DNA from: Paragordius varius
Taxonomy: Eukaryota > Animalia > Nematomorpha
Length of the DNA: 64,000 bases
Assembly: GCA_964247055.1 (NCBI GenBank)
Contig: OZ176052.1
Span: forward strand, 4,464,001-4,528,000
Reading direction: 5' to 3'
The notes under the pieces are model-generated. The model made no database searches. It worked only from the letters and a program-made list of their open reading frames with translations, and was not told where the DNA came from. The translations under genes were made by a program, and so were the position numbers. Position 1 is the stretch's first letter; every line of letters begins with the position of its first letter. This document shows positions 41,157 to 54,972 of the stretch, one piece after another.

Positions 41157-41611
41157 AAAAGCGTTTTTATAACAAGTGTCGTAATACCGTTATCGTGGCT
41201 CTAGTCGTAAACAAAATTTTGATGAATTAAATTTTGTTAAAAATATTTTTTGAAAAAATTTAGCATTTATTTAATTTTTATAGCTGCTTATTTTGAGAAG
41301 TCAACCATTTTAGACGCCGAAAAATTTGGACTTTCGGTGTTCCATCTAAATAACTCTCTTAGATCACTGTTAAAAACCGAAACTAAAAGCGCCATGATAT
41401 TTCTGATACACTTTGCTATTAATATATCTATATTTCATCATTATATTTTTTTACCGGCTGTGTAGGTGCAAATTCAATTGGTATTTTATAAATTCCATAT
41501 TTAAAATATTTTATTTCAAAGGGGCTTAAAGTCACAAAAGGTCCCAATTTTTGAACATTGAATGGAATGTCTCAAATCCAACTGATAACATTGTGCAACG
41601 AAATTTGAGGT

Positions 41612-44101
41612 CAATTTTCTGGATCCAAATTTTTTAATATTTGCTGATTCCTTATGGTATTGTCATCAGATTTGTGCAAAAAAAATTTTACTTACCCAGG
41701 TCGTTTTCGAGATATGGGACTTTTCCCATATTTAGCCATATCAAAAATTTTCTCGTTTGTAAATATTTTTCGCTATGTAAACAAATAATATGTGGCTAAT
41801 ACAAATTATTTTATAGACTACCAATTTATCTTTAAAAAAAATTAACTCAAAATATTCAATGCTTTTTGTTCCAGGGGGCAAAAACCCTCAAAAACGGGGG
41901 AACTTAACATTTTTTGACACAAATATTTTTCATCACCTTTTAAATGAAAACACATTTTATTTTAAGTTCTTGGATGTTAATCATGTTTGTTTAATTATAA
42001 ATATCATTATGTAATAGCTTTGTGGACTTTTGTTTTAAAAAATAAAATTAATTTTTACATCTTTTTTGCTATTTTTTATGTAAAAAAGCTTAATTTTACT
42101 CAGCTGCATATAATATAATCTTTATTTCATATGATATTTTAAATATTTCATACACTTAAATATACTCTTTAACAGCTTTTTCATCAAGAATATATTATTA
42201 TATACCCAAAATGCACAAAAAATATAAATATCACCCAAGTAATTATATTTATAAATTTAGGATCGATGGATAAAAATATTGTTTGCCATATATGTGGACA
42301 ATACACAAAAAAACTAATAGTATAAACGTTACCGCTTACATAAAAAACTATTTTTTTACATTATGGGGAACCTAGATTTGGGCCCCGAACACCGTATCTC
42401 GGACATGTAGCATTAGATTAAGAACATGATGCCACAATAAGCCAGGCATTTTTTATAAAAACGCCGCAGTTTTAATAGGGCCACAGGTATTATACATTTA
42501 ATTTTAGGTTACGAGTCTTTTAAACGATGTGGTGTTTAAATCTAAAATGCAACCCAAAGAAAAAGCGGCATAAGTTGTATTGCGAACTTTTTCTTATTTT
42601 TGGGAAATTAAAAAATAACAATTACCTGGAATTAGTTAATCGACTCTTTCTATAGGATGGGTATGTATGTTATAATTCATATGTTATTTAAACATTTATA
42701 TTCTTTTTATCCAAAAATATAGGATGCCGCATGAATCTAAAGCTACATATGGTAAATTCCCATTGTGTGTTTCCCAAAGACGCCATCACGGAAAGAGAGG
42801 GACATCAATTTTAAATCTTTCGAAAAAACTTATCGAAATAATATAAATTTAATTTGCGATTATATATTTATTATATATATAAATAATAAATTATTATTTT
42901 ATTTTACTTTCATTCAAAATCAAGATAGATTATCCATGTCTTTTGGAACAAAATATACACTTTCTTTAATATTCACTCTAAATAATTGAAGCATTAAATG
43001 AGGATTTGCGCATAATTTAATATATTCTCTTTGAAAGAGTTACACGGAGTTTTAATTGAGATAGAAAAGGCTTTTGACAGGATTCCTAGAAAAACTATTT
43101 GGTGAAGTCTCCGTCGTAAAAAGGTCCCAGAAAGTTTTATCAAGTTGTTACAAATAATGTACGAATCTCACACCTCCAGGATTATCCACAAGGTTTATCA
43201 GATCCCTTTTTAATAAAGCATGGAGTCTACCAAGGTCATCACCCAGCCCCTTGTTGTTTATATTTGTATAGACGAGGTGGCCAAGGTCGTTAATGTAAGG
43301 TCAGGTTGGTACTTAATGTATGCAGATGACATAATCCTTGTCTGATTCATACGGTCTGAAAGTAAACAAAGCAAAAACCGAACTTATTACTTTTGGGGGT
43401 GCACAACATGAAATGGAAGTTGATGATAGTTGGGTTCTGAAGGGTAAAGAAAGTTGCAAATATTTGGGGGCTAAGTTAGGTTCAGTTGGATTGTTGACCG
43501 ATGATATTTCAAGCGTGTTATGTGATCCAAATATTGATTTTAAAGTAAAAGGTAAGATATACAGTTCAGTTGTTCAACCCACAATAATGTATAATTCACA
43601 GACGTGGGGTGTCAAAAAATCCGAAGAAAGACATTTCAACGTGACTGAAATGGAAATGCTTAGAATGATGTGTGGGATAACAAAACAAAGTATAGAATTG
43701 AGAATAGATTTATTCGTGTGAGCACAGATGTTAAACCAATAGTGAAAAGAATGTCAAAAAATAGGGGACGTTGGTTCGGGCACATTGAAAGGAGAGATTC
43801 TAATTATATTGCAAAAATAATAGATAGTCATATAGTTGAAGGAAAACGGGACGTGGGCGGCCTAAATCGAAATGGGTGTACAGTAAAAAGAGTTAGCAGA
43901 ATACGAGCTTAATGCAGAAGACGCCATAGATAGAATACTATGGCGAGACAGGTTATATAACATTACCGCTCTCACGAGTGAAAACATGTAATTTAAGGCT
44001 TCAATTAAGTAGAGTGAATATTAAATAAAGTGTATATTTTGGTCAAAAAGACACCGATAATCTATCTTGATTTTGAATGAAAGTAAAATAAAATAATAAT
44101 T

Positions 44102-44146
<45 letters not shown>

Positions 44147-45391
44147 CGCAATTAAATTTATATTATTTCGATAAGTTTTTTCGAAAGATTTAAAATTGAT
44201 GTCCCTCTCTTTCCGTGATGGCGTCTTTGGGAAACACACAATGGGAATTCACCATATGTAGCTTTAGATTCATGCGGCATCCTATATTTTTGGATAAAAA
44301 GAAATATAAATGTTTAAATAACATATGAATTATAACATACATACCCATCCTATAGAAAGAGTCGATTAACTAATTCCAGGTAATTGTTATATTTTAATTT
44401 CAAATAAGAAAAAGTTCGCAATGCAACCTATGCCGCTTTTTCTTTGGGTTGCATTTTAGATTTAAACACCACATCGTTTAAAAGACTCGTAACCTAAAAT
44501 TAAATGTATAATACCTGTGGCCCTATTAAAACTGCGGCGTTTTTATAAAAAATGCCTGGCTTATTGTGGCATCATGTTCTTAATCTAATGCTACATGTCC
44601 GAGATACGGTGTTCGGGGCGCAAATCTAGGTTCCCCATAATATAAAAAAATATTTTTTATGTAAGTGGTAATGTTTATACTATTAGTTTTTTTGTGTATT
44701 GTCCACATATATGGCAAACATTATTTTTATCCATCGATCCTAAATTTATAAATATAATTACTTGGGTGATATTTATATTTTTTGTGCATTTTGGGTATAT
44801 AATAATATATTCTTGATTAAAAAGCTGTTAAAGAGTATATTTAAGTGTATGAATTATTTAAAATATCATATGAAATAAAGAATATATTATATGCAGCTGA
44901 GTAAAATTAAGCTTTTTTACATAAAAAATAGCAAAAAAGATGTTAAAATTAATTTTATTTTTTAAAATAAAAGTCCACAAAGCTATTACACAATGATATT
45001 TATAATTAAACAAACATTATTAACATCCAAGAACTTAAAATAAAATGTGTTTTCATTTAGAAGGTGAGGAAAAATAATTGTGTCAAAAAATGTTAAGTTC
45101 CCCGTTTTTGAGGGTTTTTACCCCCTGGAACAAATGCATTGAATATTTTAAGTTAATTTTTTTTTATTTTAAAGATAAATTGGTGGTCTATAAAAATATT
45201 TGTATTACAAGCCACATATCATTTGTTTACCTAAAAAATATTTACAAACGAGAAAATTTTGGATATGGCTAAATATGGAAAAAGTCCCATATCTCGAAAA
45301 CGACCTGGGTAAGTAAAATTTTTTTGCACAAATCTGATCACAATACCATGAATCAGAAAATATAAAAAAATTTATATCCAGATAAAGTTGT
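41612..45391. repeat. Long inverted repeat, arms ~41612-42999 and ~43991-45391
   Basis: The arms are reverse complements along their length (59/60 matches at 42361-42420 versus 44581-44640; lower at the outer ends). Near-identical ORFs 42765-42989(+) and 44021-44239(-) reflect this. Confidence 0.92.
43000..43990 (+). pseudogene. 5'-truncated, decayed RTE-clade non-LTR retrotransposon reverse transcriptase
   Basis: KELHGVLIEIEKAFDRIPRKTIW, GVYQG, YLMYADDIIL, KYLG, YSSVVQPTIMYNSQTW and RWFGHIERR motifs, with stops and frameshifts. Confidence 0.85.
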
Positions 45392-45502
45392 GTCACAGTG
45401 TAATATTGTTTTTTGGAATGCGGCACTTAAAATTTTAATTTTTTATAATATATTAACACATGTGAAATGAACGCATGTTATTTATGTTAATCTTTGTGGG
45501 CC

Positions 45503-48500
45503 ATGCTCGACAATTTTGAGGTATCCCGTTTAAAATCATCTTCCCATTTATTTGAATCCATAATTATATATAAATATTGTTTTAAATCATTGGATCCGGA
45601 TTTATCTTCCGTGCAAACAAATGTTTTATATTCATCAAGAGAAAATGATTTACAAACCAAATTAATATATGAAACCATACCCTCATTTATTGTGACAGAA
45701 TCACAAACTTCCGAATATCATTTATTTACGTTAACTGATATTGACGGATATTTCTTATTTGGATATGTCAAACATCAACAACCATATATCTCAAATGAGC
45801 ACAACAGTATAGTCATTATTTCGTATAAACCTTGGCCCCAAACATTTTACTCATTTTCTGATCATATTCATAATCTTGTTATACATCAAATTCAAACTGA
45901 TTTATACGACGATTTAATTAAGCATTACCCAAAACCATTTCAAACTCAACACGGCGAAGCTCAACTAAGCCTGAACAAGGATCATATCAAATATATATTT
46001 AAATGTCTTGATACAAACATAATTTTCCCCGTTTTTTCCAATGAACATCCAAGCATTAGTCCATTCTATGAGTCAGGGAAGTACCCATATTTACCAGGTA
46101 TATTATATAATTTTTATTTTTCTACAAAATAAATATTGATTATTTTGCAAACGTTATATGAAAGATTAGCAAAATATGTAATATTTGTTTTATTAATCAC
46201 CCCGTTTTACCCAAATTTGATTAAAATTTTAGTGTTCAAATTTACATTTTACTCAGTATCTTTATTATTATTCAAATATCATATAAGCATTCTTTATACT
46301 ATTTTTGGAAAAAGGAATCTTACAAAAACCGCTTTTACAATAATATGAATAGTTTTAATATAAATACCTTTTTAGTTAATATAGTAAACTTTTTACTCTA
46401 CATATTTTCGAAAAAACAAACTGACTCAATCCAGTTTTAAAGATGCACAATCAATTAATTAGTTTTATTTTACTGTCAATACCTTTTTTATGCATGTTTT
46501 CAAATATATTTTTCTAAGAAAATGCAATAGATACCTTTTTGCGTAATATTTTAAAAATAATGAGTATCAATTGATGGTTATAATTCGAATACAAACACCA
46601 CTTTTAACAAGATCGTAGTCATTTATTGTAAACTTTTATCAATCATAAAGCAAAAAAAAGCGACATATTTTTTAGTTATATCTCGTGTATATTTATGTCA
46701 AATTAATAATGTACGTAATAGTTTTGATTTATTTTAATTTATAAGAATTATGTATTTAGTATTATATAAGCACCTATTTCCTTATATTTATATACATATT
46801 GTTCACACAGGTACATGTATATATTTTGACACAGAAAGAAAAAGTTTGTAAAAAATGATGCAAACATTTATTTTTTCTTTTATAGATTTCTCGATTATTT
46901 TTCCGCATTCTATTCAAATAAATATTTATTTTAAAATTTCTCAGTAATGTGAAAAATATATGATAACAACTATAACTGAAAATTTTAAACTTTAAGTTAA
47001 TATTTTTTAATAAATAAGAATTAATAGCATAAAAACCGAATCGAACGGTTATAATCGAAAGAATATTGTTAATAATTATATCATACGTTTTGAAATTATA
47101 ATTATCAATTTTTTTGCTCAACACTTAAATTGAGATTTGAATAAGGGTGATACCTAATCAAATTAAACCCGCCACATAACACGTTGTTAATTTTGCTGAA
47201 TCATAATGTTTTATACGAATGTAAACTGCGCAAATTCAATTAATTGCCTCAAACTATTTATATATTATATTGATAGGGACCATCTTTAGGCGTTTTCCCG
47301 CAAACGATAGACGATTGCTGATTTTTTAAATTTATTTATAAATTTCACATAGATTATAAATACCATATATTATAAAATACCATTTTTTATATTTATGTAA
47401 TTCAAAAGTGGAATTGCTTATACTAATAAGGTCGATTGTGATCGCTTATACTACTTTCAAAAATAATCATAATTTTTTATTAATTCATGTTTATCACGTG
47501 AAACGAAATATATATAAAATAATTTATTAATTAATTTATATACTTAAATAAAAAAGGTTAAAATTCTGTATATTTTGCTATATAATTGGGTATATGATGA
47601 AATACAGCCCCTTTTTTTAGGTTCAACCTAAATATTACGTTTGGCGTGATAGGTCAAACTTGATAAAATTTTTCTGCATGCAGCTATATTAAACTTAATC
47701 ATAACTATGCAAGGGAGTTGATTTGCTAAGACCAATTATAAATTAATAAAATATTCTTTACGTTTGCACTAAATTTTCAATTTTGAGTTTGTAGAAAAAT
47801 TTTATTAACCCGATTCACGAATATCGTTTTGACTACTTCACAGCGAGCATGTGTCAATAATACACACATTTTATCCGATAATAATTTCTCATAAATATAA
47901 ATTTAGGACTTAACAATAGAATCTATAGCTAATTACAAATGACGATTTAACTTTTTGACCGGAGCTTTTTAATTATACAGTTTAGAGTCTCTTTCTTCCT
48001 TTTTTATTAAAGGGTAAGTACTTAAATTGTATCCGGACATGCTTTAACACTCGCCTGCCCAGGGCTGACAGTGATAAACGAAAAATTGCGTAGTGTCGGG
48101 GTTCGAACTCAGGCACGCAATGTGAAAGTCCGGCGCCCTACCTACTATACCATCAGCTTTTTAATAATAATAGAATTTGCTTTAGAGCAGGGGGGGTCAA
48201 CATAAATGGCCTCGCGGGCCGCATTCGCAAAATATATGGGCATTAACAAATAATATATTTGATTTCAAACATAAGACTATAAAAACTACTTTATATTAAC
48301 AATAATTTTTAATGGTTCATCGCCGAAATTCTCCTTATTCAGAAAAAAAATTGTTCAAAAAAATCAATTATTCTTAGATTTGGTAATATTTTGTATTAAA
48401 AATTTCTTTGGACAACTCTGTAAGAAAAACGCTGATAAAGTTTTTATGAAACTCATACTATTGGAGCTTATTTCACCATTTATAAGTACAAAGGATATAA

Positions 48501-51500
48501 TACTCTAAATTTTGAAATGTGTATTCAAAACATGTATGTTTTACTTTTTGCAATGGCGTTTTCCTGATTTTTAAATTATAAAAACTACTCATTTATATAT
48601 CCGAAAATCTTTGGATCTTTTATAACTTGCATAATCAAAATACCATAGCTACTGATTATCTCAAAATATTGGTTAATTTTTAAAGTTTTATGTCAAAATG
48701 AACTAATAAAACAAAAAATTGAAACATCGGTTTTATGCTTATTTATGCGCACAAATAGACATTATTGTGCACGACAAAAAGTTCAGTCAGTATATGCATG
48801 CAAAAAGAGTTGTCAAAAATGCCGCGGGGCATAGTCTGGTGGGAAAGGTGGTTAAAACAATATACATCTCTTATATATATTAAAAATCCACATCCTTATA
48901 TCAAATCCAAATAGATTCCAAAATTATGAATGATTTGTATGGATGCCTGAGTGTTTCCAACATTATAGCTTTGTGGAGTGCGGTGCTTATGGAACGAAGA
49001 ACAATCCTTATCTCCCGAAAACTTGATAAGTTGACTCACACGGCCCTAGCTATCATAGTTTTGTTGTACCCAATGTATTGGCAACACATTTATATCCCCT
49101 ACTTACCGCAAAGTATGTGGGATGCTTTGAGTGCACCTATGCCCTACCTCATAGGTATTACAATACTTATTCAGGTGTCTGATAATAAACTTTTTTGAAT
49201 TCTCAGCACTAAAGTTAGATCACCATTATAAATGCATAATATATGACTGTGACCGCTTTGTAAAAAATCCACACGGAGAAAATATGTCGAAATAGGTTTC
49301 TCAGGTTAAAACATATGGCATGTGTGAAAAATTTGTATGAATGTAAATTTTTTTTGAGATTAGTAGTTAGTTGTTAAATGTATAAATATTGCTAAAAATA
49401 ATGTATTTAATTAGATCAGATATTATTTAGATGTATATTTACATTTTTAAAACTGGTTATAAGTAAGAATGGCTACCGGGTGTTACAATTTGAAACCTGT
49501 TAAAAATTTAACCCTTAACTAGCGCTTAAAAGCTAATTAATTCATGCCGCGCTAATAATGGTATTTAAACTTTTATCATATCGCACAAATTATTTGGGTT
49601 GTTATTAGCCGTCATATAAATAAAAAATGAAAAATTTATTTTTTTAAATATGGTCAAAGAAGTTAGGGTATATCTTGTTTTGTACATAAATTTTTTTTAA
49701 ATGAGAACAGTTTATGTAAATATCTCTTTTTGACATTGGCTTTTTTCAATAACGGCTAATTAAATATAATAAAAAAGCGTATAAAAAACGTTTTTTAATA
49801 CACCATTTTGGTTAACCTTTTACACTTCGTATGTTTATTCCCTAATCACACTGTAATGACATTCTATCCAAATGCATTAATGCCATTACCATGCATTTAT
49901 TACTTTTTCATCATTTCCTGGTTGCTGCTTTTATTGTTTTGATAAGTCAGGGAACTATATTTTTATGTTTTTACTTATAGATCCACAAATTCTAAAATAT
50001 ATATATATAAAACTACTCTTTTGTTTTTATCCAATTTGGTAGGTAAAACTATTTTTAGGATTTATTACAAAAATTTATTGATTTTTGAATGGATGATAAA
50101 CGAAAACATTTGTTCTGCTGCGAAGATTAAAAATGGGAAGTATAAACTTCTCCTTACCTACCACTCGTAAGGACTATTGATAACCAAAAGAAAAACAATA
50201 AATTTTAAAAATACTAAGTTTTTTGGGGTGTAATATTTAACTGTAAAAGACTTTAAATAAACCAATTTCATCTGTGTGATTTTTAATATAAATTTAATTA
50301 ATGGATTAGTTATCTTCTTTTATAAGTTTAAATCAAAGTTAGTCTGTTCTCCTAAACCACTTCGCTATATTTTATTATCATCTATATCAGCCCTGGGGAG
50401 GTTATTGTTAAAGCTTTCACAAGTCCTAATACAATTTAAGTCCTTATCATCAATATAAAAGTAATTAAAAGACTTTAAACCAGTGGTACTCACCAAAAAA
50501 ATTAAAGGCTCGCAAATAATATTTATTTTGTCTTAAGGGCCATATACCGATAAAATTTTTACAGCTGTTTGACACATTTTCGGATATATATGCTTTTAAC
50601 CACATAAAATTTAATAATAGGGCCACAAAAGCCCCTTAGGGCCGCGGTTTGATTTTTCTAAACAGTATTTTTTATTACATAATAATAGGTATGCATTCGG
50701 ACACCTTTGCATATTACACGGCATCTCACGCCAAAGCCTTCCTCCCACTCAACTCTCTAATTTCGCTTGATTCTCGCAATTTAAATTCACCTTCTGCTGG
50801 TTCCCTCAACAGCTTTTCTGGAAACGCTACTCATTCAAAACATTTCTCAACGATTACGACGACTAATTATGATAACCATTTAGTCGATTTACCTATAATG
50901 GACATTTTGCATGGGGCAGACGCTAACCCGATATTTGTCGTAAATCTTGATCGAGATACGATTGAGATATATAGTGATACTCATACCACTTCAACATGCT
51001 TAGCTAGCAGTCCAATTCAAAACTCCATGAATACTAATACAGTCAGTAACAATACTTCCAATAATAATATTGGTTCAAAGTTACGTCGATCTTTAACCGG
51101 CTCAAGCATAATTGGAAAAACGAATAGTTCTTTTACAGTCAATTCTCAAAACATACAGGCTTCAATGTTGAATACATCACCGTCTAACATATCCTTAGGT
51201 GTTGGTAGCAATGATTTTGCCAAGCGGTTTTTGTTAAATCAACTCCCACCCTATTTAGTGCAAGAGTTGACACAAAAATTGTCCCACTTCCATATACTGC
51301 AAAATCAAGTATGAATAATGTTTTACAAAAAAGATTGATTGATTCAGATATTTATTATATAAAAACATTTTTTGTTAAGTACTATCAGATATAGTAACCG
51401 TATAAATATTTTATTGTATTTTGAATCTTATCCATATTTTTATGCATAGTTTGCATAATATGGATCGCTTTGAATCAATATTGAATTTTATCATAAAAAT

Positions 51501-54500
51501 GTTTTTTAAGCAAAAATTTGTTTTTCTATAGATAAAAATACCGGCGTCTGGGGAGAAAAACGTTACAAATATTACTAATAAAGTTTCTGTTAATAATGGT
51601 TTTAAACAATACACTCATAACGGCCAAGGCTTATCCAGTTCAAAAACGAAGAATGTACTGACCGGTGATGTAAAAAACAACCAAGATACTATGTTGCAAC
51701 AATGTAAAATTAAGAGTCCAGACGCTGAAAATCCACTAAAGATCCCTATAGGTTTTGTTTAATACCTTTGTAAATGCTAAATTTGGGATAAATATATTTT
51801 TTTGGATTGTCCATTATGATATCGTATAACATAGTTTGTATAAATATAAAATCGACAAATTAAACATTTTTAATGTAATCCAAATCCATTTTCTAAATCT
51901 CGGCTTCTAACTCACAGATATACCATTTACCAAATTCACCCTCGAACAATTCCAATTCACCTTTGAACAATTCAAATTAACCCTAAAAATTCTGTGTTTT
52001 CCAACTAATATAACTCAATATTAATATGAAATATATCTTTTTGGTACTTTATTATTTTTTTAGTATTATTTTTATTTACAAAATTTTATATTTCAAAAAT
52101 ATATAAAAATATAGGTAATTTTTTATTAAAAAATATATAAATTTGAGTGTGAAAATTGTACGAGAGTGAATTTGTTGTTCAAGGGTGAATTTGAATTGTT
52201 TGAGGTTGAATTTGAATTGTAAGTTATATATATTATAAATTAAATTCTCAATCATAAATAATCGTTGTATCCATCAACATTAAAAAAATTTTGTTTCGAT
52301 GGTATAATATGTAATTTTGATTTAGACTCTATTAAAAAATTATAAGAGTTTTATATGTAAAAAATTCACTTTCACTAAATATGACGATAAAACTTCAATT
52401 TATATCGTTAAATGTAGCCACATAAAAGTGACAATTTTAAATAAATTTTTTTGCTTAAACTCGCCACCTTTGTGTGGTTGTCGTTAGAAAAAATAGATTT
52501 ATACCTAAATAATTGAGCATAAAGAGATACCAAATATATTGAATTTTAGTGTTTTATAATATATAAAACTAAAAATAAAACATTTTAATTTGTGTTTTTA
52601 TCATAACTACCATACAAAATAGGACATGCACTTTTCAAAGTTTTGGTAAGTTTGATTGGGAACTATCGATGTGGATTGCATTTCGAACCAGGTCATCTGA
52701 TTACATTTGATGCACAAACATTCATCAAGGGTAGCAGGGCTAGTGTTAAATCATGTCTCGAAAACATTATAAAAACACAAATGTTTCAACAAGTAACACT
52801 ATCAATAATATTCCACATGTTTATTATTATTATTATTATTATAAATTCAATCGATTTTTTGTGACTATAATTATGTTATAAAGGTTAGGTTTTGACTGTT
52901 GTAGCATGAATGTCCATAATTTATTATATGAAATTAGTTAAAACCTAATCACATATTTATCACGGATTGCTAAATTAATAATAATTGAAATTTTATATAG
53001 AAATGAGGATAAAACTCACCAATGGGGTTAATTACTGGTTATGTTCATAGGAAGCAGTTAGATCCATTTTTAATTGGTTATTAACACTTTGAAATTTTTA
53101 ACGCATTTAGTTAATATAAACTTTTGCCTTAGTCTTAGCTCTTTTATTCAAAAAAGTTTGTTTGATTTTGTAGTAAAACTACCAAAAATATTAAGAATAA
53201 ATATGCGTTCCTAATCAATACTATAGAGTTATTTGTTTAAAACTAAAATTTAATTATTTTTGTCATTTAAAAATTTATTTTTTATATTACTGAATAGATT
53301 TATGTATATACATAAGATATATTTTTGCTTTATTAGTTTATCACAGAACGATTACATCGATTGAATGAAGGTATGGGCTTTAATGATTCCTTTGAAATGG
53401 AACTTAATGAATCCAAAATGAACAACAATGCATCACAAACACAGAAATATAAAATGTGGCTTGGATTTATGAAAGTATATTTTTTCTAATTTATTTAAAT
53501 CCTGTCAATATGTAGAAAAAGTCTTTTTATAAAATTTTAAAGCGTTTTTATATTATTTGTTGACACAACGTATATTATGTTTTACATTGTATACAAATTT
53601 TTTCCGGGCAAAAACGGTAATTAAACTTTTTAAATTTGTTTTTAGATTAAAAAATTTTAGGGTATAGTTTTTCCCAATTCACGATAATTATTTTTAAGGG
53701 CCGTTTTGTTTTTCACTAATATATATAATGAATTTCACATACCAATAAAGATATTAATTGTTTAGAATGAAGGAGATTTTTACATAAATGAACTTAAGCG
53801 CAAAACTAGCCAAATCCTGGAGAAAGAAAAATTGATTCGAGGTGCTGCCCGTTTTAATCCCTTTAAATCATCATCATCATCAACTGCAATTAACACATCC
53901 AATAAAACTGTTACTGATGTTGAAAATGTCTCAAACAAAGCCAATCCAACATTTGAATCAACTGAAAATACTGCTACACAACTTGGCATTAGCCATGAAA
54001 CGATTCACGAAAGACAAAATGAAAAAAGTGATTCATTACATAATAGTAGTGATAAATTTGAAAAATCTCTCCAAAACCATAAAAATAGTGGTATCTCAAT
54101 GAATGGGCATTCTTCTACCTCATCATCTCAATCTTCCATATATAATCAATTCCCTGCACATACTAATAAAAACAAATTAAAAAGCAATACCAAGGCTTAT
54201 AAAACCCATGTGAAACCGGCTACAAAATTTTACATGACTATAGATGGGATGGAGGTAATATATATTTTTGTAATTTTTTGATTCAATGTGTTATAGTGGG
54301 TAGCTTCAAACTCTAATTTTTTTTTAATTATTTTTTACTTACATATAGAAAAATGAGGTAGTTAATGGATTTTGGGAAGAAAAAGAAGACACTCTGGCAA
54401 ATGGTGTACACTCATTTGATAAATGTCCCCGTAATACGACAAACAAAATTAGTGATATTTCCGAATTATTAGTATCTCCAAAAAATAATTCTTCTGATAT

Positions 54501-54972
54501 TCTAGCAAAAGAATTATCTTTAATAGATTTTGATTCTGAGATCCCTGAAATCAGAGACATATCTTTGCTGGAAAAGAGTATTGGATTGGATTTTTTCAGT
54601 TTAGCCGTATCAGACAGCAATCAAATAATAGACAATGCCGCCAAGGATACGATTGATTGCTCAAAAAATATGCCAATATCTATAGATTTATTTTCGTCAA
54701 ATGGCCACCATGGTTTGAATGGAACTACACGAGATATTAATAATAGTAGTAATTTTAATCCGTTTGTTTCCATCGTAAATCATTGTAATACTTTTACGGA
54801 TCATTTTAGCGAAGCAATTACGAATGGTAATGGTAATTTTGCCGAAAATTCTAGTAGTGAGAAACTTTCTAAAGAGCCCGTAGTTACGAGACAACGGCCC
54901 AGACCTCATCATTCAAATCATATGCAACACAATGCCTTTTACTCTACTAATTCTTGGGTAAAATTTGATTAG
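45503..54972 (+). CDS. DENND1: DENN domain-containing protein 1 (connecdenn-like Rab35-type GEF), ~1031 aa. Exons 45503-46097, 48915-49154, 50689-51308, 51532-51751, 52623-52792, 53337-53474, 53766-54254, 54349-54972
   Basis: FTLTDIDG (uDENN); MERRTILISRKL...LLYPMYWQHIYIPYLP...APMPYLIG (DENN); GNYRCGLHFEP and MFQQFITERL...GFNDSFE (dDENN); C-terminal WVKFD-stop (WxxF-acidic AP-2-binding type). All phases are consistent. Confidence 0.9.
47975..48157 (-). mobile_element. tRNA(Glu)-derived SINE-like repeat, copy 2
   Basis: Minus strand GCTGATGGTATAGTAGGTAGGGCGCCGGACTTTCACA...GAGTTCGAACCCCG, with A-box-like and B-box motifs and a CT-TTC-AC loop. The body matches copy 1. Confidence 0.75.
48188..48850. 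mobile_element. Degenerate Charlie-like hAT MITE
   Basis: Starts CAGGGGGGGTCAAC...GGCCTCGCGGGCCGCA, with GCCGCGGGGCATAGT near 48820-48835. The right terminus is degenerate. Confidence 0.45.
49474..49498 (+). mobile_element. Mariner-like TIR remnant
   Basis: TA|CCGGGTGTTACAATTTGAAAC resembles mariner/Tc1 termini; no partner end was found. Confidence 0.35.
51921..52225. mobile_element. TA-flanked MITE, copy 3
   Basis: TACCATTTACCAAATTCACCCTCGAACAATTC ... AGGGTGAATTTGAATTG repeats. Confidence 0.65.

Noticed and set aside
42765-44239. Near-identical ORFs MCFPKTPSRKERDINF in both palindrome arms
   Set aside because: The identity is explained by the inverted repeat. The ORFs run into a TA microsatellite and have no recognisable domain.
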